Shown: positions 53,838-64,000, counted from the stretch's first letter. The stretch: DNA of 64,000 bases from Candidatus Fermentithermobacillaceae bacterium (GCA_012841375.1 DUUV01000028.1:563-64562), one strand, 5' to 3'. A program made the numbers and translations. The notes: generated by a model not told the origin, from the sequence alone.

Positions 53838-54748
53838 CCGAGTGTTTTCACCGGCCTGTCATGGTCTTTGAGACGATGTCGTATCTCTTGCCCGACAGTC
53901 CCTCGATTCATCTGGATTGCACGCTTGGTGACGGAGGACATGCTCTAGAAGTCTTGAGGCGTTCAAGAGAGACCTTCGTGTTGGGATTTGATGTAGACAG
54001 CGAAGCGCTCAGCGTAGCGGGAGAGAGGCTCGCAAACGAGTTCGGAGGACGGTTTCTGGCCGTCAAGGCAGATTACCGCCGTCTACCCGAGGCCCTAGCG
54101 GAGATCGGAGTGCCCAGGGTGGACACCATCTTGTACGATTTAGGGGTTTCGTCCAGGCAGTTGGATACTCCCGAGAGGGGGTTCAGCTACTGGGGAGAGG
54201 GGCCCCTGGACATGAGGATGGACCCGGAGGCAGGTATTACGGCCAGGGACATACTCATGACCTACAGCGGAGAAGAATTGGCGAGGATCTTGCGTGAGTA
54301 CGGTGAGGAGAGGTTCGCCTCGCGAATCGCCGGAGAGATACTCAAAGCCAGAGAGGATCGCGACATCGATTCGGCCGGCGCGCTCGTTGACATCGTGAAG
54401 AAGGCAGTTCCCGTGAGGGCCAGGACGGGGGGAGGTCATCCGGCAAGGAGGACGTTCCAGGCCCTCCGCATCGCGGTGAACGACGAGATCGGACGTTTGG
54501 GCAGGGCTCTTCTGGATGGCTTCTACCACCTGAGCGCCGGCGGAGTAATGGCGGTTCTCTCGTATCACTCACTGGAGGACCGTGTGGTCAAAGAGACATT
54601 CAAGAACCTCGCCGGGCGAGGAGAGGCTCAGAGGGTCACGCGGAAACCGGTTACGCCGAAAGCGGAAGAAATAGAGAAGAACCCCAGAGCGCGGAGCGCC
54701 AAACTGCGGGTAGTGAAGAGAGAGATGTCTCATGATAGGTTCATCTGA
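53834..54748 (+). CDS. rsmH: 16S rRNA m4C1402 methyltransferase
   Basis: DCTLGDGGH, DLGVSS.QLD..ERGFS, HPARRTFQALRI, SYHSLEDR, NPRARSAKLR. Confidence 0.97.
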   Translation: MTECFHRPVMVFETMSYLLPDSPSIHLDCTLGDGGHALEVLRRSRETFVLGFDVDSEALSVAGERLANEFGGRFLAVKADYRRLPEALAEIGVPRVDTILYDLGVSSRQLDTPERGFSYWGEGPLDMRMDPEAGITARDILMTYSGEELARILREYGEERFASRIAGEILKAREDRDIDSAGALVDIVKKAVPVRARTGGGHPARRTFQALRIAVNDEIGRLGRALLDGFYHLSAGGVMAVLSYHSLEDRVVKETFKNLAGRGEAQRVTRKPVTPKAEEIEKNPRARSAKLRVVKREMSHDRFI

Positions 54749-55220
54749 ACTCAGGCTGACAGGCGCCGGAGCGCTTGGCTCAAATAGGGTAAGAAACCGC
54801 AGGGTAAGGAGACAAGCCGTACGCTCCGTGCCGCTCGAAGTCTTCGGCATGGCGTATTTCCTTATCATCGTGATGGCCGGCAGCCTGCTGGTCTTGCAGC
54901 CTGCACGAGTGGCGCAAATCAACGAAACAGTTGCTCTAAAGGAACGGGAGCTTCAGTCGCTCAAACTGAGGAACGAAGATCTGAAGAAGGCCGTCGCTTA
55001 CGTAGAATCCCTGGAGTTTATCGAGAGCGAGGCCAGGGGGACTCTCGGCATGGTTGATCCGGGAGACGTGAAGGCCCTGGAGGTGCCCGCGGAACGGGAG
55101 AGCTCCTTCGTACTCGCCAGCGTAGAGCCTAAATCGGAGCGAAGTGGTATACTTTCGCTGATCGGCCGCATAGCTCAGATCTTTGGAGTGAAAGAAGCTA
55201 CGGCGAAGGGGCAGAGGTAA
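54732..55220 (+). CDS. FtsL/DivIC-like cell division protein
   Basis: TM helix plus coiled coil (IESEARGTLGMV), positioned between rsmH and the PBP gene. Confidence 0.75.
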   Translation: MIGSSELRLTGAGALGSNRVRNRRVRRQAVRSVPLEVFGMAYFLIIVMAGSLLVLQPARVAQINETVALKERELQSLKLRNEDLKKAVAYVESLEFIESEARGTLGMVDPGDVKALEVPAERESSFVLASVEPKSERSGILSLIGRIAQIFGVKEATAKGQR

Positions 55221-55253
55221 GGATCTCTTCGCCGGTCACGGAAGGAACCGCTT

Positions 55254-57341
55254 ATGGGAGCAGTGCTTGCCCGAAAACGCGTGGCTCGTGTGCTTGCAGG
55301 AGCCGTAGTCGCGTTTGTATTGCTTTTGGCCCGTCTGGTCTATGTCCAGTTCATCTGGTCAGACACCCTGGGTGAAGAAGCCCTGGACATGCGGATGCAG
55401 GACATCCCCATCCAACCCAGGCGCGGCGTCATCTACGACCGGAACGGGCACGAGCTTGCTTTCAGCATTGATGTAGAATCTGTCTACGCCATCCCGGCTC
55501 AGGTTAGGGATCCCGAAGCCACCGCCAGGACGCTCTCGGAGATCCTGGGCATGAGCTATGACTCACTGGTGGGAAGGCTCACCAGAGTTTCTTCATTTGA
55601 GTGGCTGAAGAGAAAGATCCCCGACGACGTGGCGAGGCGCATCAGGGAGGAGAGGCTCCCCGGCATCGGTTTCACCCAAGAGTCCATGAGGGTCTGGCCT
55701 AAAGGGAGCTTGCTCGCCCAGACTCTCGGCATTGTCGGTATAGACAACGACGGCCTCGAGGGGCTGGAGTACCATTATGACCGGCAGCTCAGGGGGATAG
55801 AGGGACGGTTTACGGTGGAGGTTGATGCCATTGGCGACGCGCTCCCCCAGTCCCAGAAAGGCTATATACCGCCTGTGCAGGGCAGGAACCTTGTCCTGAC
55901 CATTGACGAGGTGATCCAGTTCATCGCCGAAAGAGAGCTGGACGCGGCCGTTGAAAGAAGCCAGGCGGTCGGGGGTTTCGCCATCGCCATGGACCCGCAG
56001 AACGGCGAGATACTGGCCATGGCCATGCGCCCGACCTATGACCCCAACGAGTACGATCGCTATCCCGACGCCAACCGGCGCATAACGGCCATAACCGATT
56101 CGTTTCCGCCTGGGTCTACCTTCAAACCGATCACTGCCGCTGCCGCGCTGGAGACGGGCAAAGTCAGCGTACACGACACTTTCTTTTGCGGCGGGACGAA
56201 GAGAGTCGGAGAGGAAGTCTTGCACTGCCACGTGCACGAAGGGCACGGGAGCCAGACCTTTAACGAGGTCATTCAGAATTCATGCAACGTAGGGTTCATC
56301 GAGATCGGCCTGAGGACCGGGATACCCGATTTCTACAAGTACCTTGACTTGTTCGGCGTGACCAGCGTGACCGGGATCGACTTGCCGGGTGAGTCTTCGG
56401 GAATCATCGTGCCTGAAGAGCTCTGCAAGCCGATAGACCTCGCAGTCATGTCTTACGGGCAGACGCTGCAGCTTACGCCGGTGCAGCTCATTGCGTCCAT
56501 ATCGGCTATCGCCAACGGCGGGTATACGGTAGTGCCCCACTTGGTGAAGGCCGTAACGGATGTCGACGGCGAGATCGTCGAACAGAAGGCGTCGGGAAAG
56601 ATACATCAGGTAATCTCCGACAAGACCTCGACCGAGCTCCGTGTGGCGCTCGAAGAAGTTGTCTCCAAAGGGACCGGAAAACAGGCCTACATCCCCGGCT
56701 ACCGGCTGGCTGGAAAGACGGGAACATCAAACAAAGTAGTCGACGGCGTGTTGGCCGAGGGCAAGTACCTGGCTTGGTTCATAGGTTTCGCCCCTGCCAA
56801 CGATCCCAAAGTGGCGCTCCTCATCATGATCGACGAGCCCAAAGGGGCTTACTACGGAGGGCAGATAGCGGCACCGGTCTTTCAGGGGATCATGAAGGAC
56901 GTCCTCCGTTACTTGGAGGTACCCCCTCAAGAAGAGGTCCCGGGCACCGAACCCTCCGAGCTTGTGGAGGTACCGGACCTGGTAGGTACCGAGGTAACCT
57001 CGGCCCAGGTTGAACTCAGAAAGGCCGAACTCACAGGGTCCAAAGAAGGCCCGGGAACCCGGGTCACCCGTCAGTTCCCGGTGGCGGGAGCCAAGGTGCC
57101 GAAAGGGACCACCATTATCTTGTACACCGAGGAAGAGGTTGTCCCGGGAGAGGGAGAGGTCGCCGTCCCGTCTCTCATGGGTATGGGACTCACTCAGACA
57201 CGCCGCAGGCTCACGGAAGCGGGACTCATTCTCTCGGCCCAAGGCAGCGGATTCGCTGTGTCTCAGGACCCGCCTGCGGGAACCATAGTCCCGTTGGGGA
57301 GCACAGTGAGAGTGATTTTCCGCATGGACGTAGGGCAGTGA
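55254..57341 (+). CDS. spoVD: Class B penicillin-binding protein (SpoVD/FtsI) with two PASTA domains
   Basis: RGVIYDRNG, PGSTFKP, NSCN, GKTGT and C-terminal PASTA repeats. Confidence 0.88.
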   Translation: MGAVLARKRVARVLAGAVVAFVLLLARLVYVQFIWSDTLGEEALDMRMQDIPIQPRRGVIYDRNGHELAFSIDVESVYAIPAQVRDPEATARTLSEILGMSYDSLVGRLTRVSSFEWLKRKIPDDVARRIREERLPGIGFTQESMRVWPKGSLLAQTLGIVGIDNDGLEGLEYHYDRQLRGIEGRFTVEVDAIGDALPQSQKGYIPPVQGRNLVLTIDEVIQFIAERELDAAVERSQAVGGFAIAMDPQNGEILAMAMRPTYDPNEYDRYPDANRRITAITDSFPPGSTFKPITAAAALETGKVSVHDTFFCGGTKRVGEEVLHCHVHEGHGSQTFNEVIQNSCNVGFIEIGLRTGIPDFYKYLDLFGVTSVTGIDLPGESSGIIVPEELCKPIDLAVMSYGQTLQLTPVQLIASISAIANGGYTVVPHLVKAVTDVDGEIVEQKASGKIHQVISDKTSTELRVALEEVVSKGTGKQAYIPGYRLAGKTGTSNKVVDGVLAEGKYLAWFIGFAPANDPKVALLIMIDEPKGAYYGGQIAAPVFQGIMKDVLRYLEVPPQEEVPGTEPSELVEVPDLVGTEVTSAQVELRKAELTGSKEGPGTRVTRQFPVAGAKVPKGTTIILYTEEEVVPGEGEVAVPSLMGMGLTQTRRRLTEAGLILSAQGSGFAVSQDPPAGTIVPLGSTVRVIFRMDVGQ

Positions 57342-58894
57342 GCCGCCAGATGACGAGGAGGACGGGGATGATTATGCGCCTTAGCACCATGCTCAAGGAC
57401 ACGCCCGGTAAAAATGTCCTGGCGGACGCGGAAGTAACCGGCATCGCGTACGACAGCCGCGCCGTGTCGCCGGGGTACGCGTTTTTCGCGATACCGGGTT
57501 TCAAAGATGACGGGCGCCGGTACATACCCGACGCTTTAAGGCGGGGCGCTTCAGCCGTTGTCACAAGCTTGGATGGAACCCCAGACCTGCCCACCGGAGT
57601 ACCTAAAGGAAAAGGTTTTGCCGTCGTAAGCGATCCCCGGAGGGCACTGTCATCGGCAGCCTCGGTTTTCTACGGGCACCCGAGCCGTGACCTCACCGTG
57701 GTCGGGGTCACAGGGACCAAGGGAAAGACGACCGTCTGTCATCTGGTGAAGAGCGTGCTTGACTCGTGCGGGCTCAGGACCGGACTCATCGGAACCGTCC
57801 ACAACATCGTCGGCGATGAGGTGAGACCTGTCACACGGACAACCCCTGAGTCTTCCGACCTTCAGTCTCTCATGAGTGAGATGGTCGCCAAGAACCTGGA
57901 TGCCGTCACCATGGAGGTTTCTTCCCACGCCATGGAGCTGTTCCGGGTCGAGGACATACTGTTCGACGCGGCGGTGTTCACCAATATGGGCTGGGACCAC
58001 CTTGACTTCCACGGCACCATGGAAGCGTACGCCGGCGCCAAAGCCAGGCTGTTCAGCCTCCTGGAAAGGTCCCGGGGCCTTAAGAAGAGTGAACGGCTCC
58101 AGACTGCCGCCATAAACGCGGATGACCCATACGCAGGTCTCTTCCGCTCGAAAGCGGTCGGTAGGGTGGTCACGTACGGGCTGGGAGAAGACTCCGAGGT
58201 ACGGGCAAAGGATGTCCGCATGGACGCTCGAGGGACTACCTTCACCCTCGTAGCCGGCGATATCGAACGAAGGGTCAGAACCGTCCTATTGGGCCGGTTC
58301 AATGTGTACAACTCGCTTGCGGCAGCCGCGGTGGCCTACGGGCTCGGCTTTGACCGGGCAACTATCGCCGAAGGCCTTGAGAGAGCAGAGCCGGTTAGAG
58401 GACGGGTGGAACTGGTCCCCGGTTCTAAGGAGTTCTCAGTCTGGGTGGACTACGCTCATACACCCGAGAGTCTCCGCGACATCCTCGCCCTTGCCAGGGA
58501 AATGAGCACGGGCAGAGTGATCCTGGTGTTTGGCTGCGGCGGTGAAAGGGATGCCGGCAGGCGTCCCGTCATGGGCAAACTCGCAGGCGATATGGCCGAC
58601 TTTGTGATAATCACGAACGATAACCCCAGGAACGAAGATGAAGACCAGATCCTGGACCATATTGAATCCGGCATAAGAGAGAGTCGTGGGAGAGGCTCTT
58701 ATCTCCGAATAAGCGACCGGCGCAGGGCAATATACGAAGCGGTAGAGAGGGCCATGCCCGGAGATGTGGTCGTTGTGGCCGGAAAGGGCCACGAGACCTA
58801 CCAGGTTGTCGGAGACGAAGTATTTCACTTTGACGACGCGGAAGAAGCCCGCAGGGCCATCTTGGCCGTGTCCGGAAAGGATGGAGAGCGGTGA
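57338..58894 (+). CDS. murE: UDP-N-acetylmuramoyl-dipeptide:amino acid ligase
   Basis: GVTGTKGKTT, TTPES, MEVSSH, DYAHTP, DNPR (meso-DAP-type motif). Confidence 0.96.
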   Translation: MSRQMTRRTGMIMRLSTMLKDTPGKNVLADAEVTGIAYDSRAVSPGYAFFAIPGFKDDGRRYIPDALRRGASAVVTSLDGTPDLPTGVPKGKGFAVVSDPRRALSSAASVFYGHPSRDLTVVGVTGTKGKTTVCHLVKSVLDSCGLRTGLIGTVHNIVGDEVRPVTRTTPESSDLQSLMSEMVAKNLDAVTMEVSSHAMELFRVEDILFDAAVFTNMGWDHLDFHGTMEAYAGAKARLFSLLERSRGLKKSERLQTAAINADDPYAGLFRSKAVGRVVTYGLGEDSEVRAKDVRMDARGTTFTLVAGDIERRVRTVLLGRFNVYNSLAAAAVAYGLGFDRATIAEGLERAEPVRGRVELVPGSKEFSVWVDYAHTPESLRDILALAREMSTGRVILVFGCGGERDAGRRPVMGKLAGDMADFVIITNDNPRNEDEDQILDHIESGIRESRGRGSYLRISDRRRAIYEAVERAMPGDVVVVAGKGHETYQVVGDEVFHFDDAEEARRAILAVSGKDGER

Positions 58895-60279
58895 GACCTT
58901 ACTCACTCAAAGAGATAGCGGCCGTTTCAGGAGCCCGCGTCGTTTTCGGTGATGAGGACAGGCTGTTCACCAGAGTAGCGATTGACTCCCGCAAGACGCT
59001 TCCGGGCGATTTGTTCGTGGCCATCGTAGGCGAGCGGTCCGACGGTCATGATTTCGTACCCGAGGTGCGTGAGAAGGGCGCGGGAGGCGCTGTCTGCGAA
59101 CATCCCGTCCAAGGCGTTGGCCCACAATCGGACGGCTTTGGAGTGCTGATGGCCGCGTCTACGATAGAGGTCTTGAGAGACCTGTCCACCCATTACCGGA
59201 GGGAGCTGCCGGTCGAGGTCATCGGTGTGACCGGCAGCCTGGGCAAGACCGGCACCAAAGACCTGGTGGTCTCGGTGTTGGCAACCGAGTTTCCCACGTA
59301 CGGAAACCCCGGCAACTTGAACTCCCACATAGGGCTCCCGTTGGCGGTGCTCGGTATGGACGCGCCCTACCGGTACGCGGTCTTGGAGATGGCCATGCGG
59401 AAGAGGGGCGAGATCGCGGACCTGTGTGCCGTTTCGCTGCCGGCCGTAGGAGTCCTCACCGACATATCTGTTTCCCACATCGGTGTCCTAGGAAGCCTTG
59501 AAGAGATCGCCTTGGCCAAAGCCGAGATCCTGGAAGCCCTGCCCCGAGACGGCTTGGCGGTTATGTGCGGCGACAACGAACACATCCGCAGGATGGGCCA
59601 TAGGGCAAAATGCCGGAGACTCTGCTACGGCTTTGGGGAGGAAAACGACGTAAGAGCCGTAGACGTCGAACCTTTGGGGTGGGAAGGGGCAAACTTCACG
59701 GTTTCCTATAAGGGCGACCGCTTTCCTCTCAGGTTGAGGATCCCCGGAGTCCATCAGGTGCAAAATTCCCTGGCGGCCGTGGCCATCGGTCTCGAGTTCG
59801 GCGTACCGCCTGCCCGGATCCGCGAAGGGTTGGAGAACGCCGTGATGAGTCCCATGAGGCTCGAAGTCCGCCGGCATAAGGGGATCACGATCATCAACGA
59901 CGCGTACAACGCCAGTCCTAAATCGATGCGGGCGGCGTTGGACCTCCTCGCCGACATTCAGAGCGAAAGGAAGATCGCGGTCCTCGGCGACATGCTGGAG
60001 ATGGGGGCTCACGGGCCTCCGGCACACAGGGAAGTTGGGAAATACGCGGCCGAAAAGGCCGATCTCCTCGTTGCCGTAGGCGAACTGGGCATAGAAATAG
60101 TGAGGGGCTGGAATGAAACCGGGACAAGCAAGCGTGCGTCATGGTTTCCAGGGAAAGAAGGCGCCCGGGACCACCTGGGAAATCTACTGAGACCCGGCGA
60201 CGCATGTCTGGTAAAGGCATCCAGGGGGATGGGATTCGAGAGCATCGTGTCGTTCATCGACCAACTGGAGGAGTTGTGA
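58891..60279 (+). CDS. murF: UDP-N-acetylmuramoyl-tripeptide--D-Ala-D-Ala ligase
   Basis: IDSR, GVTGSLGKT, NDAYNASP.SM, LGDMLEMG, KASRG. Confidence 0.96.
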   Translation: MRPYSLKEIAAVSGARVVFGDEDRLFTRVAIDSRKTLPGDLFVAIVGERSDGHDFVPEVREKGAGGAVCEHPVQGVGPQSDGFGVLMAASTIEVLRDLSTHYRRELPVEVIGVTGSLGKTGTKDLVVSVLATEFPTYGNPGNLNSHIGLPLAVLGMDAPYRYAVLEMAMRKRGEIADLCAVSLPAVGVLTDISVSHIGVLGSLEEIALAKAEILEALPRDGLAVMCGDNEHIRRMGHRAKCRRLCYGFGEENDVRAVDVEPLGWEGANFTVSYKGDRFPLRLRIPGVHQVQNSLAAVAIGLEFGVPPARIREGLENAVMSPMRLEVRRHKGITIINDAYNASPKSMRAALDLLADIQSERKIAVLGDMLEMGAHGPPAHREVGKYAAEKADLLVAVGELGIEIVRGWNETGTSKRASWFPGKEGARDHLGNLLRPGDACLVKASRGMGFESIVSFIDQLEEL

Positions 60280-60281
60280 GT

Positions 60282-61283
60282 ATGGAGATCCTGAAAGATG
60301 CCGTGTCGCTGGCAACAGGTTTCTTAGCAGCCGCCCTTCTCGGCAAGGTCCTCATCCCCTGGCTTCACAAAGTGAGGTTTGGACAGCACATCCGAGATGA
60401 TGCGCCTGTGACGCACCGCAAGAAGGCCGGTACCCCGACCATGGGCGGTCTCATTTTCATCCTGGGGACTTTTGTCTCGTCACTGGTGAACCATATCTGG
60501 AGGAAAGGGTCTCCTTCTCTTCAGGAAGTCCTTATCTTGGGCCTATTCGCTCTCATGGGCATCGTCGGGTTCCTGGATGACTACAGGAAGGTGAGGAGAG
60601 GGCGCAATCTCGGGCTAAAGGCCAGGGAAAAACTTGCGCTCCAGATCCTCATAGCGGGAGCTTTCATGTGGTTCGTGGCAGGCACAGGCCGGGGGACTTC
60701 CGTCGTGATACCGTTCTCGGGCAAAGCCCCTGACCTCGGTTTTCTCTACGGCGTGTTCGGTGTATTTATCATAGTGGGCATCGCCAACGGCGTGAACCTC
60801 ACCGACGGGTTGGACGGCCTGGCCGGGAGTATAGTGGCGGAAGGTTTGGCCGCCTACTACCCGGTCGCTCTGGCCGCCGCGGCGGTCTTGGGCATCCCTT
60901 CGCTGGGCGCGCTGGTGGCAGGTTCCACCGGCGCCATTCTCGGTTTTCTTGTATACAACCGTCATCCCGCCAGGGTCATCATGGGCGACATAGGCTCGCT
61001 TTCTCTCGGCGCCCTCTTGTCGGGCATCGCCGTAATCACGAGGACAGAGCTCCTGCTATTGTTCTTCGCGTTCGTGCCGGTTGTGGAGAATATCACAGTG
61101 ATCATACAGGTCATCTCTTTTCAGCTTTTCGGGAAGAGAGTTTTCAAGATGACGCCCATCCACCACCACTTTGAACTCCTCGGTTGGGATGAGGTCAGGA
61201 TCACCAGGATGTTCAGGTTGACGGCAGCCGTAGCGGTAGCAGTGGGGCTCATAGCAGCAGGCTCGGTAGGGCTTTGGGAGTGA
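60282..61283 (+). CDS. mraY: Phospho-N-acetylmuramoyl-pentapeptide transferase
   Basis: KKAGTPTMGG, GFLDDY, NGVNLTDGLDG, MGDIGS, PIHHHFE. Confidence 0.96.
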   Translation: MEILKDAVSLATGFLAAALLGKVLIPWLHKVRFGQHIRDDAPVTHRKKAGTPTMGGLIFILGTFVSSLVNHIWRKGSPSLQEVLILGLFALMGIVGFLDDYRKVRRGRNLGLKAREKLALQILIAGAFMWFVAGTGRGTSVVIPFSGKAPDLGFLYGVFGVFIIVGIANGVNLTDGLDGLAGSIVAEGLAAYYPVALAAAAVLGIPSLGALVAGSTGAILGFLVYNRHPARVIMGDIGSLSLGALLSGIAVITRTELLLLFFAFVPVVENITVIIQVISFQLFGKRVFKMTPIHHHFELLGWDEVRITRMFRLTAAVAVAVGLIAAGSVGLWE

Positions 61284-61300
61284 CTTTCAGGAGGTAGGGT

Positions 61301-62422
61301 GTGAGGAAGGCAAGGTCGGTCGGAACAGCCAAGAGGGGTAACCCCGATTACGTACTCTTTTTCGCGGTCATGACGCTCATGGCCATCGGTATCGTCATTG
61401 TGTTCTCGGCCAGCATGGTGAGGTCTCTGAAGTTCTATGGACACCCCTACTACTACCTGATCACTCAGCTGGTCTGGGCGTGCATAGGCATTTCGTCCAT
61501 GCTGTTCCTCATGCATTTCGACGTCTGGCGTTACCGGTCTTGGGTCCCCCTCTTGACCGGCGCAGGCATCTTCCTCCTCATAATCGTCCTCATCCCCGGC
61601 GTGGGTCAGGTCCGGAACGACGCCAGGAGGTGGCTGGGCTACGGCCAGCTCTTATTTCAGCCGGCAGAGATCGCCAAAGTGACAACTCTGCTCTTCCTGG
61701 CCGACAGCATGGCGAGGAGGAGAGACAAACTCCAGAATTTCGTAACGGGGCTGGTGCCATATCTGGCATTTTTGGGTCTTACCTGCGGCTTGGTCCTTAT
61801 GGAACCTGACTTGGGCACGGCTGTTGCCATCGCCGGAGGGGCCGCGGTGATCATCTTCGTCTCAGGGGCCAACTGGCTGCACCTCACCCTGGTCGCCGGA
61901 ACGGCCCTGCCCGCCCTCGCCTGGGCCGTCTTTGCAGAGGAATACCGGAGGCGCCGCTTCCTGGCGTTCCTCGACCCGTGGGCTGACCCCGATGGGGCAG
62001 GTTGGCAGATCATCCAGGCTCTTTACGCCCTGGGGACCGGAGGCCCTTTTGGCACAGGCATCGGTTACTCAAGGCAGAAGTGGTTCTACCTGCCTGAACC
62101 TGATACAGATTTTGTTTTCGCCGTGCTCGGCGAGGAGATGGGTTTCTTCGGGACCTTCCTGGTGCTCATCCTCTTCGCGACCGTTGCGTGGCGCGGGTTC
62201 CGGGCGGCGATGGCCGCCCCCGATCGCTACTCCTGCTTTCTTGCGGCAGGGATGACGGCCTTAGTGGTGTTTCAGGCCGTCATCAACATCGGAGTCGTCA
62301 CAGGTTCCCTGCCGATTACGGGGATACCGCTTCCTTTCATAAGCCGCGGCGGCTCGTCTCTCGTGATGAACTTCGTCGCCATGGGCATTGTGCTCAACAT
62401 TTCAAGATACGCGACCAGATGA
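61301..62422 (+). CDS. ftsW: SEDS-family protein FtsW/SpoVE
   Basis: ARRWL, QPAEIAK, EPDLG, LPEPDTDF, EEMG, PFISRGGSS. Confidence 0.93.
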   Translation: MRKARSVGTAKRGNPDYVLFFAVMTLMAIGIVIVFSASMVRSLKFYGHPYYYLITQLVWACIGISSMLFLMHFDVWRYRSWVPLLTGAGIFLLIIVLIPGVGQVRNDARRWLGYGQLLFQPAEIAKVTTLLFLADSMARRRDKLQNFVTGLVPYLAFLGLTCGLVLMEPDLGTAVAIAGGAAVIIFVSGANWLHLTLVAGTALPALAWAVFAEEYRRRRFLAFLDPWADPDGAGWQIIQALYALGTGGPFGTGIGYSRQKWFYLPEPDTDFVFAVLGEEMGFFGTFLVLILFATVAWRGFRAAMAAPDRYSCFLAAGMTALVVFQAVINIGVVTGSLPITGIPLPFISRGGSSLVMNFVAMGIVLNISRYATR

Positions 62423-62435
62423 GGGGGCTCTCAGA

Positions 62436-63560
62436 TTGCGACTTGTAGTGACCGGAGGAGGGACAGGCGGGCACATATACCCCGCGGTGGCCGTCGCCAA
62501 AGAGATGAGTCGTTTGCTCCCTCGAACGTCGGTACTGTACGTGGGGACCGGGACGGGCATGGAGAGCAAGATCGTACCCAGGGAGGGGCTTGCGTTCAAG
62601 TCCGTCCGTTCCTCGGGTGTAATGGGGAAGTCGGCCGTGGTGGCGCTCAAGGGACTCGCCAACGCATTCATGGGAGTCTTCGACGCAGTCACTCTTCTCC
62701 GGGATTTTCGTCCGGACGTTGTCTTGGGTACGGGCGGCTACGCGTCGGGCCCCGTCATCGCCGCGGCGCACCTCCTGAGAATCCCCCGGGCCATTCAAGA
62801 GCAGAACGCCGTGCCCGGCAAGACCAACCTGTGGCTATCGAGGATATCCGCGGTGACCTTCGCGGCCTGGGACTACTCAGTCAAGTTTTTCCCGGTTCCG
62901 TCTCGCGTCCTGGTGACCGGAAATCCCGTAAGGAGCGAGGTCCTCGAGGAAACGGGCAAAGACGAGAGCCGCCGGTTCTTCGGGATGGTTGAAAAAGGGC
63001 CTGCCGTGCTCCTTCTTGGGGGCTCCAGGGGCGCCAAAACCCTGGTGGAAGCGGGGATCGCGATCTCAAAGAGAATGCCTGAGGGGACGTCGATGCTGTT
63101 CGTGACCGGAGCCGAGTACTACCCGGAAGCCTGCCGGGCTCTGGGGGCGCGGCCCGGAGACGGGATAGAGGGCGCCTCTATTGGGAATATTATCCTAAAG
63201 CCTTATGTCTACGATATGGCCAAAGCTTACAGCGCCTGCGACCTGGTCATCGGACGGGCAGGGGGGATGACTCTGGCCGAGATCACGGCCCGGGGCATAC
63301 CCTCAGTGATAGTGCCTTCACCGAATGTGGCCGGAAACCATCAGGAGTACAACGCAAGGGCCCTCGAGGAAGAAGGCGCGGCGCTGGTCGTGAGAGAGGG
63401 ACCTCAAGCGGGTAGTAGAGTTGCAGAGGCCGCCCTGGGACTCTTGGGCGACCCGGAGAAGCTTGCGCGTCTGTCTCAGGCTTCCGAGCGGATAGGCAGG
63501 AAAGAAGCAACCAAGGAGATATGTCATCGTCTCATGGAACTTGCGCGAACAGGCAGGTAG
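62436..63560 (+). CDS. murG: Lipid II GlcNAc transferase MurG
   Basis: GGGTGGHIYP, EQNAVPG, GNPVR, GGSRGA, HQEYNA; TTG start at 62436. Confidence 0.96.
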   Translation: MRLVVTGGGTGGHIYPAVAVAKEMSRLLPRTSVLYVGTGTGMESKIVPREGLAFKSVRSSGVMGKSAVVALKGLANAFMGVFDAVTLLRDFRPDVVLGTGGYASGPVIAAAHLLRIPRAIQEQNAVPGKTNLWLSRISAVTFAAWDYSVKFFPVPSRVLVTGNPVRSEVLEETGKDESRRFFGMVEKGPAVLLLGGSRGAKTLVEAGIAISKRMPEGTSMLFVTGAEYYPEACRALGARPGDGIEGASIGNIILKPYVYDMAKAYSACDLVIGRAGGMTLAEITARGIPSVIVPSPNVAGNHQEYNARALEEEGAALVVREGPQAGSRVAEAALGLLGDPEKLARLSQASERIGRKEATKEICHRLMELARTGR

Positions 63561-63676
63561 GTGAACCTGAGTCGGAAGGGGCATGAGGAGATGATACCGG
63601 ACAAGCCCTATGACCGGGCAGACTCAAGCATCATAGAATATATGCCCACGGGTACACGGAGTCAGGAAGGTGCGTC

Positions 63677-64000
63677 ATGACCAAGATACACTTTGTAGCA
63701 ATCGGAGGCCAGAGCATGTCCGGCATCGCGCGGATCCTCCTTTCCAGGGGATATTCGATCACCGGATCAGACCTCAAGGCTTCCGGCTTGACCGAACAAT
63801 TGGAGAAGATGGGCGCGGAAATCCATATCGGACACCGGGCCGAGAATCTGGGTTCTCCCGACATGGTGGTAGTGTCGTCCGCGATTCACGAGGACAATCC
63901 GGAGCTCATGGCGGCCCGGAATAGGGGAATACCCGTGGTCCACCGGATGGACATGCTGCTGGAGGCCGTGAAAGGCAAGAAACTGGTGGCGGTGGCGGGG
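63677..64000 (+). CDS. murC: UDP-N-acetylmuramate--L-alanine ligase (truncated by the window end)
   Basis: Not in the ORF track. MTKIHFVAIGGQSMSGIARIL...GSD...VVSSAIHEDNPEL..AR.RGIPV...AVAG. Confidence 0.92.
   Translation, partial: MTKIHFVAIGGQSMSGIARILLSRGYSITGSDLKASGLTEQLEKMGAEIHIGHRAENLGSPDMVVVSSAIHEDNPELMAARNRGIPVVHRMDMLLEAVKGKKLVAVAG

Noticed and set aside
1-64000. CRISPR arrays, rRNA/tRNA genes, prophage, integrase or transposase genes
   Set aside because: None seen. The repeats found are short, degenerate and mostly in coding sequence, with no repeat-spacer pattern or cas genes.
15600-64000. Many long alternative-frame or antisense ORFs in the track (e.g. 17549..18586, 29515..30483, 33445..34512, 50146..51084)
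   Set aside because: They overlap well-supported genes, lack RBS and motifs, and are expected shadow ORFs in high-GC DNA.

Overview
This 64 kb window is chromosomal DNA from a high-GC, probably endospore-forming Bacillota bacterium; spoIID-, spoVD-, yunB-, ytxC- and bofC-like genes and sigma-E-like promoters are present. Bases ~15.6-64 kb are mostly housekeeping: T-box-thrS, L20 leader-infC-rpmI-rplT, T-box-pheST, mutS2, PBP1A, tyrS, nadE, ruvCAB, queH/queA/tgt/yajC, a GntR-led 2-oxoacid oxidoreductase / glutamate dehydrogenase / methylmalonyl-CoA mutase / epimerase operon, and the start of a dcw cluster lacking murD. Bases 1-15.5 kb are accessory. The best candidate for an undescribed system is a four-gene minus-strand operon (13465->7345) behind a clear Moco/Tuco-type riboswitch of the P3-less form. 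It encodes a lipoprotein with two sulfite-oxidase-fold (Oxidored_molyb-like) domains, a metallophosphoesterase lipoprotein fused to a third copy, an ECF S-component fused to a fourth copy, and a single-chain ECF ATPase-ATPase-EcfT protein. My inference is a dedicated importer or salvage system for molybdopterin/tungstopterin cofactor. The accessory region also holds an Arr-like putative ADP-ribosyltransferase, an Fpg/Nei glycosylase with Ile at the catalytic N-terminal position, an SRPBCC gene split by an in-frame TGA, and several genes with repeat-derived in-frame insertions. I saw no CRISPR array, rRNA, tRNA or intact mobile element. All family assignments come from motif recognition by eye; no database searches were run.
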